Assembly: GCA_050287845.1 (NCBI GenBank)
Contig: JBNKCR010000098.1
Coordinates: forward strand, 128,001 to 192,000
Direction: 5' to 3'
Length of the DNA stretch: 64,000 bases
Source: Polyangia bacterium
GTDB lineage: Bacteria > Myxococcota_A > Polyangia > JAAYKL01
A program made the position numbers and the translations under genes. Below are positions 49,603 through 60,298 of this stretch, piece after piece. The notes below the pieces were generated by a model. That model saw only the letters and a list, made by a program, of their open reading frames with translations, was not told where the DNA came from and did not search any database. Every line of letters begins with the position of its first letter. The first letter of the stretch is position 1.

Positions 49603-50232
49603 TTACCGAAGCTGATCTTCCGCCCAGTCGAGAATCTGGGAGGAACGGGTGATTTCTGTTGAAGGGAAATTCAGTTTGGCCACATCAATAATGGGGGTGG
49701 AACGAAAGCTGGCATCCACCAGATTTTTAATTCGCTTTATCAGCAGGTTGGTATTGTTGTCGGTGGCATGTGGCAGAATCAGCATGATACGATGACGAAA
49801 AGTGAATACCATATCGCTGGTGCGCAGTCGTTCCCGTAAAACATCTAACAGTGCATCGTACTGAGAATTGCGAATCTGATGCGAAAGCTTGATGGCAACC
49901 ATCGAAAATTTCTCACCATAACGCTTTGTTCGCGAAAGTTGCTCCGAAATGCGACCACGCAAGAACTTTCCTTCCAGGAGCCGAACGCCGGTGGATTCGG
50001 TTTCCATCGCTGCGTGACAGATAGTGATCAAATCTTCAATGGTCAGTTTGCGATCGGCAATCAGGCGTTCGCAGAAGCCAAGGATATGATGCACCAGCTC
50101 CGCAGCGAGCGCTCCCTGGGTCGTGACGGCTGTATAAGTCATTTGTGCCGCAATTTCTGAGTCCAGATTCGCACCGATCATTGTGATGTCTCTGAGTCTT
50201 TGTCTTTCCAGGATGGTTTTTTCGTCAGTCAT
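49603..50232 (-). CDS. Degenerate GGDEF-like protein (no catalytic motif; RxxD retained)
   Basis: E...R..RYG..FS....., LRTSD, ILP..., FP......L..A..; the GG[D/E]EF position reads RHRIM. Confidence 0.65.
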   Translation of the reverse strand: MTDEKTILERQRLRDITMIGANLDSEIAAQMTYTAVTTQGALAAELVHHILGFCERLIADRKLTIEDLITICHAAMETESTGVRLLEGKFLRGRISEQLSRTKRYGEKFSMVAIKLSHQIRNSQYDALLDVLRERLRTSDMVFTFRHRIMLILPHATDNNTNLLIKRIKNLVDASFRSTPIIDVAKLNFPSTEITRSSQILDWAEDQLR

Positions 50233-50375
50233 AGGGGCTCCTGTCACGGGCAATCGGTTCAACGGAATACTTTAAAATGAATCCGGTTGAAAATAAAGTT
50301 GATTTTCGTTTACTTCTATGCGGAGTAAGTTCGATAGGTTGCGTTTCAATAAAGGACAACAAGGGAGAATACAAA

Positions 50376-50906
50376 TTGGCGAGAATACCGGTGATTGCTG
50401 TAGTCGGCGCTGGCAGCGCCACGGAGGAAGTATTGGAAATCGCCAAATCCGTTGGTGAAGCGATTTCGGAACGCGGGTTTCACCTTGTCTGTGGCGGTAA
50501 ACAGGGGGTCATGGCGGCAGTCTGTCAGGGGTTCCGCTTTGCCCGAAACGAACTGAACACCACGCGGGCGCTGGCTATTGGCGTGTTGCCTGAGGAAACC
50601 CCAGATTTTGCCAACGAGTTTGTGGATCTCGCATTGCCAACAGGAATCGGAATTGCCCGCAACGCGCTGATCATACGGATGGCGGACGGGATCGTATCGG
50701 TGGGTGGGGGGAGTGGAACCCTCAGTGAACTGGCGTATGCCTGGCAAATGAAAAAGCCGATTGCCGCTATGGTTACCTCCGGTGGCTGGAGTTCCCGTTT
50801 GGCGGGGGAGCGGATAGACGACAGTAGAGCGGAACCCATTTTTTCGGCCGTCAGCGCTCACGAAGCATTGGCATATCTGATAGCCCGGATGGATGGGACG
50901 GAATGA
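50376..50906 (+). CDS. TIGR00725-like SLOG/LOG-family nucleotide-binding protein
   Basis: IAVVG, LVCGG..GVM.A, IGVLP, TGIG.ARN, GG.GTLSE..YA; TTG start behind GGGAG. Confidence 0.88.
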   Translation: MARIPVIAVVGAGSATEEVLEIAKSVGEAISERGFHLVCGGKQGVMAAVCQGFRFARNELNTTRALAIGVLPEETPDFANEFVDLALPTGIGIARNALIIRMADGIVSVGGGSGTLSELAYAWQMKKPIAAMVTSGGWSSRLAGERIDDSRAEPIFSAVSAHEALAYLIARMDGTE

Positions 50907-52279
50907 CCTCCAGGGACCTCGCCACTGTTATAAAAAATGTTCTTTGCAGATTCTGTTCTCTGGATGCACAGTTGCTCGTTGCAGTATCCGGTGGATCGGA
51001 CTCTCTTAGTCTTTTGCATCTGGTCGCGATGGTGTGGCCTCGACATCAGGTGAAAGTGGCTTTCGTCGATCATGGTCTGCGTCATGGTGTGGATGCCGAA
51101 TGGGCGCTTGTGAAATCACAATGCGATGAGTTGGGTGTTGTCTCCGAACGATTGTTCATTATTGAGGAATTCACAAAGACCAGCGATGGTGATGGCCTTC
51201 AGCAGTGGGCCAGGGACAGGCGATATCAATTGTTGGCAGATGCTGCAAAGCGGTTTGCCTGCGGATTGATTTTAACCGGGCACACCATGGATGATCAGGC
51301 TGAAACGGTACTGTTGCGATTGTTGCGCGGTACCGGACTGGATGGGTTGGGCGCCATTCCAATATCCCGAAAGATGCCCGGCGGAGTCACCATTGTCCGG
51401 CCGATGCTGGAGTTGCAGCGTCAGCAGCTCAGAGATTGGCTGACATCCCGGTCAATTCCATGGGTGGATGATCCCAGCAACGTGAACGTGCGATTTGCCC
51501 GGGTACAAGCTCGAAATCTGATGCCGGAGTTGATTCGGAGCAATCCGAGAATTCGGGAACATTTAAGTGCGCTGGCCGAGGAAGCCAGGGATGTCACCCA
51601 TTGGATTGATGATGTTATCAGCGAGCGGTTGATAATGAAACCGTTACGCATTGCGGGGGGGTACAGAATTGATAACGATGTTTTAAGGGAGATTCCTGTT
51701 TCGATTCATGGTCGTTTGGTTCGCCATGCCCTGCAGGTGACATCAGGAGATTTGCGACGATTTGAGCGGACCCATATTGCTGCAATCATCTCCGGAATCA
51801 ATATGCCGGGGCGAAGCAGAAAGTATGTGCTTCCCGGAGAAATTCAGGTCTGGACTGCATACGGGAGTCTGTATGTTTTCAATCAAACAATCCCGAATAA
51901 TATTTTTGCGGCACAAAAACTGGAGAATCCGACATCCAACATATGGCGGGGAGATCATGGGGAGATGCGGGTGAGCATTAAGATAACGGTCTCCACGGAC
52001 GTTACAGATAGCGGGCAGACTGGCAATATATCCGACTGGATGATACGACCACTGCAGGTGGGAGACAGAATTTGGGGCAGCGAACGGAAGGCGATGCGTT
52101 TGCTGGTAAAAAAACGCATACCGGTAATGTATCGCCCGACTGTGCCTGCACTGGCAACGCCATCCGGGGAGATAATATCCATTCCCGGCATCTTGAATTC
52201 TCGAATATCGGGATTACGTATGGAATGGCATTTGCATGATAATTGCGTTTTGAAAGATTTGGGACGCTTTCAGGAGTAA
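50903..52279 (+). CDS. tilS: tRNA(Ile)-lysidine synthetase
   Basis: AVSGGSDS, VDHGLR, AR..RY, GHT.DDQAETVL.RL.RG, RPML, DPSN; upstream of ftsH. Confidence 0.96.
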   Translation: MTSRDLATVIKNVLCRFCSLDAQLLVAVSGGSDSLSLLHLVAMVWPRHQVKVAFVDHGLRHGVDAEWALVKSQCDELGVVSERLFIIEEFTKTSDGDGLQQWARDRRYQLLADAAKRFACGLILTGHTMDDQAETVLLRLLRGTGLDGLGAIPISRKMPGGVTIVRPMLELQRQQLRDWLTSRSIPWVDDPSNVNVRFARVQARNLMPELIRSNPRIREHLSALAEEARDVTHWIDDVISERLIMKPLRIAGGYRIDNDVLREIPVSIHGRLVRHALQVTSGDLRRFERTHIAAIISGINMPGRSRKYVLPGEIQVWTAYGSLYVFNQTIPNNIFAAQKLENPTSNIWRGDHGEMRVSIKITVSTDVTDSGQTGNISDWMIRPLQVGDRIWGSERKAMRLLVKKRIPVMYRPTVPALATPSGEIISIPGILNSRISGLRMEWHLHDNCVLKDLGRFQE

Positions 52280-52410
52280 TTGGGCTTATAATGAATTGTA
52301 AAGGGCGAGAAGCCATGTTAAACATTCGCGAAAAATTTTAACTTGCTTGGGATTCGTCCGACGTACAAAGAAGAACGGCGAGAATCGTCACAGAGGAACA
52401 GAGAGATATC

Positions 52411-54300
52411 GTGAATCAGAAGTTAAAAACAGTCGTGCTTTGGAGCCTGCTTATTGTGTTGGTCATCATTGTTATTGCCTTGATCAACAGCGAGCAGCAT
52501 GAGCGAACCGTTCCGTTCAGTGAATTTCAGAATGATTTGAATAGCGGAAAAGTGGAAGAAGTGACCATTCGTGGTCGAAAGTACAGCTATGTCCGTGAAA
52601 CTGAGACTGGTGCCAAACAGGATGTTCAAACCTTTGGGGTTGAACCGGATACGGCGTTCAATGAGAAATTGATGGCGTCGAATGTGAAAGTCAATTATCG
52701 GGAGCCGGAGGATGATGGCCTTTTCCAGAGCATGCTTCTGAGCAGTGTGCCGGTAATTCTGCTTCTCGCAGCCTTTTTTATTATCATGCGTCAGATGCAG
52801 GCTGGGGGCGGGAAGGCAATGAGTTTCGGTAAAAGCCGTGCCCGAATGATGAGTGATCACAGTAAGAAAATCACCTTCAAAGACGTGGCCGGTATTGACG
52901 AGGCACGCGAAGAATTTGAGGAAATTATTGATTTCCTGAAAGATCCTAAACATTTTCAGCGTCTGGGAGGACGAATTCCCAAAGGTGTGTTGCTGATGGG
53001 CAGCCCCGGAACCGGGAAAACACTCCTTGCCCGAGCCATTGCCGGCGAAGCGGGTGTTCCGTTTTTTTCCATCAGCGGTTCCGATTTTGTTGAAATGTTT
53101 GTGGGCGTCGGTGCATCCAGGGTGCGCGATTTGTTTGAACAGGGCAAAAAGAACGCTCCCTGTATTGTGTTTATTGATGAGATAGATGCGGTGGGGCGTC
53201 AACGCGGCGCCGGGTTGGGGGGCGGACATGATGAGCGAGAGCAGACGTTGAATCAACTTCTGGTTGAGATGGATGGTTTTGAGGCGAACGATGGTGTCAT
53301 TATCATTGCGGCGACAAACCGGCCTGATGTTCTTGATCCGGCGCTTTTACGTCCGGGGCGATTCGACAGACGGATTGTTGTACCCAGCCCGGATGTAAAA
53401 GGGCGGGAAGGCATTTTAAAGGTTCACACCAAAAGAACGCCGATGGCATCCGCCGTGGATTTGATGCTGCTTGCACGCGGCACTCCCGGATTTTCGGGTG
53501 CGGATTTGGAAAACCTTGTTAACGAGGCGGCGCTGCTGGCTGCCAGACGAAATAAAGATGTAGTGGAGATGGAGGATTTTGAGGACGCAAAAGATAAAGT
53601 GCTGATGGGCTCTGAGCGTCGGTCGATGATTATCAGCGATAGAGATAAGACCATCACAGCATATCATGAAGCGGGACATACCATTGTCGCGAGGCTGCTG
53701 AAAGGAACAGATCCGGTACACAAGGTGACCATCATTCCTCGGGGGCGCGCGTTGGGATTGACACAGCAATTGCCCACTGAGGACAGACTGAATTTGACCA
53801 AAACATATGTGCTTGGCAAAATTGCGGTGCTTATGGGCGGTCGCATTGCTGAGGAACTCGAGTTTGACGAATTGAGCACCGGAGCGGGTCAGGATATCAA
53901 GACGGCAACGGATCTGGCACGCCGCATGGTATGCGAGTGGGGGATGAACGAGGCGGTTGGACCGCTGTATCTGGGCGACCATCAGGAAACAGTCTTTCTG
54001 GGGCGGGAAATTGGTCAGGGGAAAGATTACTCCGAATCCACGGCACAGATGGTTGACGTTCAGGTGAAAAAAATCGTCATGGATCAATATACCCGCGCCG
54101 AAAAAATTCTCACCAGAAATAGAGCATCTCTGAAAATGATGAGCGAAGAACTGCTGATTGCCGAGACGATCGAATCAGAAAAAATAAATAGCATTCTTCA
54201 AAAATGTGGTGCGCAGAGCGACGAGGTTTCTTTCTTACAAAAGGAAGATGGCGCCTCGAAGATGCCCCCCATCACACCATCTCCCGTTCCGTCCGTTTAG
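52411..54300 (+). CDS. ftsH: ATP-dependent zinc metalloprotease FtsH
   Basis: Two TM segments, [17 protein letters not shown] motif, HEAGH. Confidence 0.99.
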   Translation: MNQKLKTVVLWSLLIVLVIIVIALINSEQHERTVPFSEFQNDLNSGKVEEVTIRGRKYSYVRETETGAKQDVQTFGVEPDTAFNEKLMASNVKVNYREPEDDGLFQSMLLSSVPVILLLAAFFIIMRQMQAGGGKAMSFGKSRARMMSDHSKKITFKDVAGIDEAREEFEEIIDFLKDPKHFQRLGGRIPKGVLLMGSPGTGKTLLARAIAGEAGVPFFSISGSDFVEMFVGVGASRVRDLFEQGKKNAPCIVFIDEIDAVGRQRGAGLGGGHDEREQTLNQLLVEMDGFEANDGVIIIAATNRPDVLDPALLRPGRFDRRIVVPSPDVKGREGILKVHTKRTPMASAVDLMLLARGTPGFSGADLENLVNEAALLAARRNKDVVEMEDFEDAKDKVLMGSERRSMIISDRDKTITAYHEAGHTIVARLLKGTDPVHKVTIIPRGRALGLTQQLPTEDRLNLTKTYVLGKIAVLMGGRIAEELEFDELSTGAGQDIKTATDLARRMVCEWGMNEAVGPLYLGDHQETVFLGREIGQGKDYSESTAQMVDVQVKKIVMDQYTRAEKILTRNRASLKMMSEELLIAETIESEKINSILQKCGAQSDEVSFLQKEDGASKMPPITPSPVPSV

Positions 54301-54378
54301 GTTCTATTCAATATCGTCGACTTCACGTTGAACGGCGCCTTTCTCCCCAAGGTTGAATTGATTTGATTCACTCTGAAA

Positions 54379-56082
54379 TCAGTGTTGATTCATCGGAGAA
54401 GCGCTTGACCGTCTGCTGCGGGGCGGGATTCGGTAAATGGCTGCGAGCAATTCCGCCGGACGAAATGGTCGTTTCAGAAAGGGGATTGTTTTGCCCGATG
54501 CTAAAGCCAAAGCGGTATTATTGGCTGCGGACTCATCGCCAGTGCAGATGAAGTGCTGAGCCAGAGCGGGGTATGTCGTTACCATCTCTGTATAAAAGTC
54601 ATTAAACTCAGTGAAAATTGCGGTAGCGTCACAAACGACAATATCGAGCGTCCCACTGAACTGTTCGATTTGAACACGTGCATCTTCAAACGATGCAGCG
54701 GTGATTACATCGTGAAGCTGGCCAAAAGACATGGCATACGCTTCCAGGTGTTCCCTGTTCTGATCTACAAAAAGAATGCTTCGGTGCGCCTTCACGAACT
54801 CATTTGAAGATCTGGAAAATGCCACTGTCGCCATTGGCGGGGGAGAAGACTTCAGCATTCGCTTCAGTGGAAACTTCACGATGAAACTCGTGCCTTCCCC
54901 TACCGTGCTGATGACTTCCACTGTCCCTCCATGTTCTGCAACAAGTTCTTTAACGATAGAGAGCCCGATGCCGGATCCTTCTCCGGGACCTAGTCCGGAA
55001 AGGGTAACAAAGCGATCGAATATTTTTTTAAGATTTTCCGGCGGAATGCCAATGCCGGAATCTGCTACCTCGATGACAGCATGCGAGTCATCCTCATATC
55101 CGTTTATTTTTATATAGTTGCGATCTGGAATATTCTCCCGGATAGCTCGGCTGGCATTCGTAAGCAGATTGATAAACACCTGAATCAGGCGGTTGGCTTT
55201 TCCGGTAATTGTCAGGTTTTCCGGAATATTCACTGTCACCGTGGCTTTATGCTTGATTCGGTGACGGACAATTCTCAGCGCGGAATTCACCACACCAACC
55301 AGTTTTACCGGCTGCGGTTTTACGTCATCGCTTCGGCCCAGCGAGTGTAGATCCGAGGATAGTTGCATCAGCAAATCAACGGCTTCCTGGGTTGGCCCAA
55401 GATTCTTGAGCAATGTTTCCAGCTCTTCATTGACTTTGTCCGGTGAATTTGCAGGGGCGTTGGTGCGAATTATTTTTTCAATTTCCGAAACAGTGAACGG
55501 GATGGTCATTGACAGAAGTGACAATGGGTTATTTATCTCATGGGCAATTCCGGCAGAAAGATACCCAATGGAGGCAAGTCGTTCAGACTGAACTCGCCGT
55601 TGCTCCGATTCCTTTATCTGCTCAAGCGCCTGTATGAGATCTGCATTTGTGACTTCAAGCTCCTGAGTGCGTTGTGTCAAATCTTTTCTCAGGGCGGCCG
55701 TTTCAAGCGCACGATTAATATCATTCCGCAGTGCATCAAGGTCGAACGGCTTTTTAATGTACCTGAATACATTCAGCTCAACCGATTTAATCGCGGATTC
55801 CGTATCGGAATATCCGGTGATGACAATTGACTCTCCATCGAACTCAAGGTTTCGCGCTGCTTCGATGAATTCAAGCCCGGAACCATCTGGCAGATTTTTG
55901 TCCACCAGTAGCAGGTCAACCGCATGTGATGTGAACTGCTCAAATGCCTCGGCTTTCGATGACGCGGCAAGTACCCGGTGCCCGTCTCGTTCGAGCACGC
56001 GGCGAAGCAGATCTCTTACCATTTCCTCATCGTCAACAAGCAAAATGGTGTTTGAGGTATCAAAATGAAATGAATCAATCAT
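54379..56082 (-). CDS. Cytoplasmic hybrid histidine kinase (REC-HisKA-HATPase-degenerate REC)
   Basis: N-terminal REC (VDDE, DKNLP, KKP), AHEINNPL, QVFINLL.NA, DSG.G, GSGIGL; C-terminal REC-like region with VDQN and RPF. Confidence 0.93.
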   Translation of the reverse strand: MIDSFHFDTSNTILLVDDEEMVRDLLRRVLERDGHRVLAASSKAEAFEQFTSHAVDLLLVDKNLPDGSGLEFIEAARNLEFDGESIVITGYSDTESAIKSVELNVFRYIKKPFDLDALRNDINRALETAALRKDLTQRTQELEVTNADLIQALEQIKESEQRRVQSERLASIGYLSAGIAHEINNPLSLLSMTIPFTVSEIEKIIRTNAPANSPDKVNEELETLLKNLGPTQEAVDLLMQLSSDLHSLGRSDDVKPQPVKLVGVVNSALRIVRHRIKHKATVTVNIPENLTITGKANRLIQVFINLLTNASRAIRENIPDRNYIKINGYEDDSHAVIEVADSGIGIPPENLKKIFDRFVTLSGLGPGEGSGIGLSIVKELVAEHGGTVEVISTVGEGTSFIVKFPLKRMLKSSPPPMATVAFSRSSNEFVKAHRSILFVDQNREHLEAYAMSFGQLHDVITAASFEDARVQIEQFSGTLDIVVCDATAIFTEFNDFYTEMVTTYPALAQHFICTGDESAANNTALALASGKTIPFLKRPFRPAELLAAIYRIPPRSRRSSASPMNQH

Positions 56083-56289
56083 ATGGTCACATTTATACTG
56101 GAATTTCGAATGCTGTGCAACTCAATCACATTGGAATCATACCGGGATAAGCGAAATCACCGCGGGCGGCGTGCAGTGCTGTCCGTTCTTTTTTCCATTT
56201 ACTCAACTGCAATAAGGTTGGGGGGATTGCGTCGTGTTGTAATGTGTTTTTTCGTTGATCCGTGATGCGGTTTGGGTCATACAAGCCCT

Positions 56290-57705
56290 ATGTGCTATCG
56301 GTTACTCCTGACAGTTATTGCCATGATTGTATATAGCGCCGGCCTCAGCGCTGCAGGCCCGGCCGAAAATCCCGAAAAACATGCAGACTTTGGTGGAACG
56401 CCGGATTTGGTGCTTTCGGGCGACGTGGGAATGGACCTGGAAGAGCTGAATGGCCTTTTGTTGAAGTTAACGTCCGAATCATTGGCGGATCGGGTGAATG
56501 CCGCCAGTGAGATTAAGCGAAATGCGGGCGGATGTGAGGCGGTGATGCGCCAGAGTCTCTGGCACGCAGGAGAAGTCAATCATCGCGAGATAAAAAACGT
56601 TATGAAAAATGTGTCCGCTGTCAGCGCCGGTGATGGCGGTGTGCTCGGTGCCTTGCTGCAGATGCCTCCGGGGGATGTGGCGGTTGAGACCACCACGCGG
56701 ATTGCAACGCTACTGGTGGCGCTGCATTCGCTGGATTCCATGGCGGGGTACAAGGTGTTGCTGGATTTTTCGGCACGATATGCAGGCGCATTTCGCGGAT
56801 TCATTGGAGAGCTGATGGTGCAGGCGGGATTGAAGGCATTGCCAGCGTTGATATACGGTCGAGGGAGCCAGAACCGGGAGCTGCATATGTTTTCGGTGGC
56901 GTGGATTCGGGATATGGGAGATCCCTTACTCAGTGAGCAGATCCAGGGCATTCGCAGTTCCCGAAGGCTCGCGCAGTTGCTGGAGGCCTATGCCTCCGTC
57001 AACGAGCTTGATGCCATTGATGTAACGCTTTCCTGTGCGAATCATGAATCGGAGATAGTGCGAAAGGCAGCTCGTGCGTCGTTGGCTGCTTATGGCAAAA
57101 ATGCCAAATGGTCTATACATCGGGAATACGAAAATGCTTTCGGTGACGAACCGGAAAGCGGTGACTACGAGCAGTGGGCGGCAACACTTTACGACGCGTG
57201 GGATAACGCGCGAGAATCAAAGACCATAGCCCTTTATGAAAAAGGGAAAGCAGCCGCGGGCAGGAACCATTTTGAAGAAATGGATTCGGCATATCGGGAG
57301 CTGCTTTTCAATTCGCCGCTTCATCCTCGTCGAACCGGGATTGCGGAGGACTATCTTCGCTATGCCGCCGTGCTGGCTGAGAAAGGTGAAAGTCACAAAG
57401 CATTGCTGGCAACCCAGATGGCAAGGCGCCTGTCAGAGGAAGACAGTACCGCGTTTCAGGAAGCGAGCGGGCGACTGATTTGGCTCCATGCAGAGAAAAT
57501 GCGAAAAAATGGCGCACTTGATATAGCCGCATACAGGATTCTGGACGACGATGCCACACTGGAAGATGACACGTCGAAATGGGCTACCTATGGCATGAGG
57601 AAAGACAGCGACGATGCTGCCATACCTGTTTCGGTTGTCCCGGTATCGCTGATGGTATTTTTCGGATGTCTGCTGTTGTACTGGCGTGTACGGATTCGCT
57701 CATGA
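56290..57705 (+). CDS. Hypothetical exported HEAT/TPR-like protein with a C-terminal membrane anchor
   Basis: N-terminal signal peptide, helical repeats (ALPALI, VRKAA..L), C-terminal TM followed by basic RVRIRS. Confidence 0.7.
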   Translation: MCYRLLLTVIAMIVYSAGLSAAGPAENPEKHADFGGTPDLVLSGDVGMDLEELNGLLLKLTSESLADRVNAASEIKRNAGGCEAVMRQSLWHAGEVNHREIKNVMKNVSAVSAGDGGVLGALLQMPPGDVAVETTTRIATLLVALHSLDSMAGYKVLLDFSARYAGAFRGFIGELMVQAGLKALPALIYGRGSQNRELHMFSVAWIRDMGDPLLSEQIQGIRSSRRLAQLLEAYASVNELDAIDVTLSCANHESEIVRKAARASLAAYGKNAKWSIHREYENAFGDEPESGDYEQWAATLYDAWDNARESKTIALYEKGKAAAGRNHFEEMDSAYRELLFNSPLHPRRTGIAEDYLRYAAVLAEKGESHKALLATQMARRLSEEDSTAFQEASGRLIWLHAEKMRKNGALDIAAYRILDDDATLEDDTSKWATYGMRKDSDDAAIPVSVVPVSLMVFFGCLLLYWRVRIRS

Positions 57706-57992
57706 AAGAAATTCATGCGCTGATAAGTGGTCGCGTACAGGGAGTATGTTACCGATATTATACCCGTCAAACGGGGCGACAACTCGGTGTACGCGGCTGG
57801 GTGAGAAACCGAACTGATGGCCGGGTTGAGGTTGTTGCTTCAGGTGCGGAAGATGCAATGGATGCGTTCGAACGCTGGCTTTCAACCGGGCCTCCAATGG
57901 CGCAGGTGTCCAATGTGGAAATTATATCCCGCGAACGGCCAGTTTCACAAATCGGATTCGAAATTATCGGAGACGGTGACGACCCTGCCTGA
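57702..57992 (+). CDS. acyP: Acylphosphatase
   Basis: SGRVQGVCYR, GWVRN..DG.VE, GPP.A.V; ATGA overlap with the upstream stop. Confidence 0.95.
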   Translation: MKEIHALISGRVQGVCYRYYTRQTGRQLGVRGWVRNRTDGRVEVVASGAEDAMDAFERWLSTGPPMAQVSNVEIISRERPVSQIGFEIIGDGDDPA

Positions 57993-58002
57993 ACAATTGG
58001 GG

Positions 58003-59295
58003 CTACTTTCTGATGGGCCCAAGGTGGGTAATGTACCAGGTCTGGCCCCAATTAATGAGAACATGAATTTCGAAACGACGCTTCTGGCCATTCGTCGAGG
58101 ATACCGAAACCGTATTGCGGCTGCACGACCAATATCCCACTTTATTCGCCTCTATTCCCGGTGCTTTCCATTTGCAGTTGCCCAGCGAAATATCGTCCAC
58201 TTTCCAGTCGCCCGTTGAAAACCGTTTCCGCTCGCGATCGAAATCTTCTTTGTACCAGTCCACCAGTTTGCGGTGATACCGGGCGGGGCTGGGGGAATCC
58301 TTCACAATATCGAACGCGTCGGCGGGAAAGAAAAACGACATGGCTTTCTCCACGTTATTGCCGACGTACCCATCGAGCAGGTTTCGGGCACCGGTCAATG
58401 CCGAATCACTGGACGGCATTTCACCTTTACTGGTGTTTTCTGGCGGTATCTGCTGTTGCTGAGAGCTGCTTTCGCCTGCCCCGCCTTCCGGGGTTTCTTC
58501 CGAATCGCTCACATCCAGGTTGGGATGCTTGCCCAGCATAAATGGAAACGTGAATCCTCTGAAGCAGGCTGAAAATGGCTCAAGCGCCAGCTGGTCAACA
58601 CTCGCTTCCAGACGCGTGACTACGCATTTTTCGGTATCGGTACCTGCAAATTTGTCCAATGCCCTGGCACTGATCAGTCTGCCATCGCCGGAGATAACCA
58701 TCCGGGTCATCATTGGTTCGATTATATTGGAATCGTGGCAGGATGCCACTTTTCTGGTGAGGCTTCCAAGGGTATTCTGATACTCCCTGATATTCGGATA
58801 GTACGGCAATTCTGCGTTGGCGGACGGCTCTTCCGGTTCTGCGCACTGAATCCCCATGGCTTTCATTTTCTTCAGCAGGTTCAACCTGTTTTTTACACCG
58901 TTGGTCAGGTTGGCAGGTGCTGCGGTATCTTCGAGTACTCGGATGGATTCGGAAAACATCTCCTCGGCTTCTTTGTATTTTCCGATTCGAACCAGAACAG
59001 ATGCCTGGTCATCCAGCGCTGAACCGTAAATGGTACTGTGGGGTTCAGTCAGCTTGATCGCCTCTTTCAAAACAGTAAGCGCCTTGCCATTATGGCCCAC
59101 TTTTTTCAACTGATATGCTTCTTTGGTCAGTTTCTGATACTCGGCCTTCCCGCGGGGAAGGGGAGTGCCAGCCGAATCCGATGCCTCCTTGCTGCCGTTG
59201 CATGCCAGGACCGCAACAGCGGTGCACAGGCAGAGCCATCGCAGAATCAACTGCCGTCGTCGCCAGGATCGTTGAGTGATGATTTCGGTTGTCAT
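58003..59295 (-). CDS. Lipoprotein with TPR, TonB-C/AgmX-like domain and an unknown C-terminal domain
   Basis: Lipobox VLAC; TPR helices; C...I..DG......CV....F.FPF pattern; separate domain ending LINWGQTWYITHLG. Confidence 0.7.
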   Translation of the reverse strand: MTTEIITQRSWRRRQLILRWLCLCTAVAVLACNGSKEASDSAGTPLPRGKAEYQKLTKEAYQLKKVGHNGKALTVLKEAIKLTEPHSTIYGSALDDQASVLVRIGKYKEAEEMFSESIRVLEDTAAPANLTNGVKNRLNLLKKMKAMGIQCAEPEEPSANAELPYYPNIREYQNTLGSLTRKVASCHDSNIIEPMMTRMVISGDGRLISARALDKFAGTDTEKCVVTRLEASVDQLALEPFSACFRGFTFPFMLGKHPNLDVSDSEETPEGGAGESSSQQQQIPPENTSKGEMPSSDSALTGARNLLDGYVGNNVEKAMSFFFPADAFDIVKDSPSPARYHRKLVDWYKEDFDRERKRFSTGDWKVDDISLGNCKWKAPGIEANKVGYWSCSRNTVSVSSTNGQKRRFEIHVLINWGQTWYITHLGPIRK

Positions 59296-59425
59296 GTCTG
59301 TTTTCTCCTGTGTTCACCGGGTTCTGGTTCCATAGATTTTGACCGCGGAATATAATACGATGTCACGTTGATTACAATGGTCGGATTCTGGACCTGACAA
59401 GGGGGTTGCTGGTACAAATCCCTCA

Positions 59426-60160
59426 ATGAGGTTGGTCCACCAAAGTACTGTGGCATTTCTGACACTGGGACTTCTGTTGCCAGGGGTATTGTTTATTATC
59501 GGCGCGATCGCGTCTGCCGACTCGCAAAAATGCGGTGGACAACGTTCGGTTTCTGTGACGGAATCCGATACGGAGCAGGCGTTGTTTTTTCCGGGAGGGG
59601 GCGAAATATTGACTGTCTGCGAATCGGGAGAAACGGCGGTGCGCGGATGCGGTCCCGGCAGCTACCATACTGCAAAGCCCGAAAAAGTGTATGGGAGCTG
59701 GGGGGAAGTCAAACGTCCCGGCGTGGTGTTGCCCATCACGACTCTTTTTAACGCTCATACCCGAGAATCTCTGCCTGTTTTTGATGCGCCGAAGGTGAAA
59801 CCGTCTCTGTTACAGCATTTTTTCAGGTGTCGGGGATTCGGCGAAACGGTGGAGATGGCACCGGTGCTGCTGGAAACGGTTCTAGCCGCTGCCAGAAATT
59901 TCGAAGCGAGACGGACCACCATTATTTCAGGATATCGTTCACCCAAGTTCAACGATACCCTGGCAAAAAAGGGACGACGAGTCGCCACTGAATCCAGACA
60001 CATGAAAGGTCAGGCTGTGGATTTTCGTCTCGATACTGTTTCCGCGGATCAGCTGGGACCGTGGTTGCGCAGCCATTTCAATGGGGGCGTGGGTACATAT
60101 CGGGCGGACAATTTTGTGCACATTGATGTCGGACCGAGGCGCAGCTGGGAAGGCCACTGA
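59426..60160 (+). CDS. YcbK/DUF882 (peptidase M15-like, MepK-type) peptidoglycan peptidase
   Basis: ISGYRS..N.......VA..S.HM.GQAVD, GVG.Y...FVHIDVG; signal peptide. Confidence 0.88.
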   Translation: MRLVHQSTVAFLTLGLLLPGVLFIIGAIASADSQKCGGQRSVSVTESDTEQALFFPGGGEILTVCESGETAVRGCGPGSYHTAKPEKVYGSWGEVKRPGVVLPITTLFNAHTRESLPVFDAPKVKPSLLQHFFRCRGFGETVEMAPVLLETVLAAARNFEARRTTIISGYRSPKFNDTLAKKGRRVATESRHMKGQAVDFRLDTVSADQLGPWLRSHFNGGVGTYRADNFVHIDVGPRRSWEGH

Positions 60161-60298
60161 GTTCGGGCGCTTTTCGCTGGCAAATATTTGGGGACGCAAG
60201 CGGTGGCCATCGGAATCGAATGAACCGAATGGCGAGGGCCCTGCAAATTTACGTGAATCAGGTTGGATAAACGAGCGATAGGTATTATAGATAAATGT

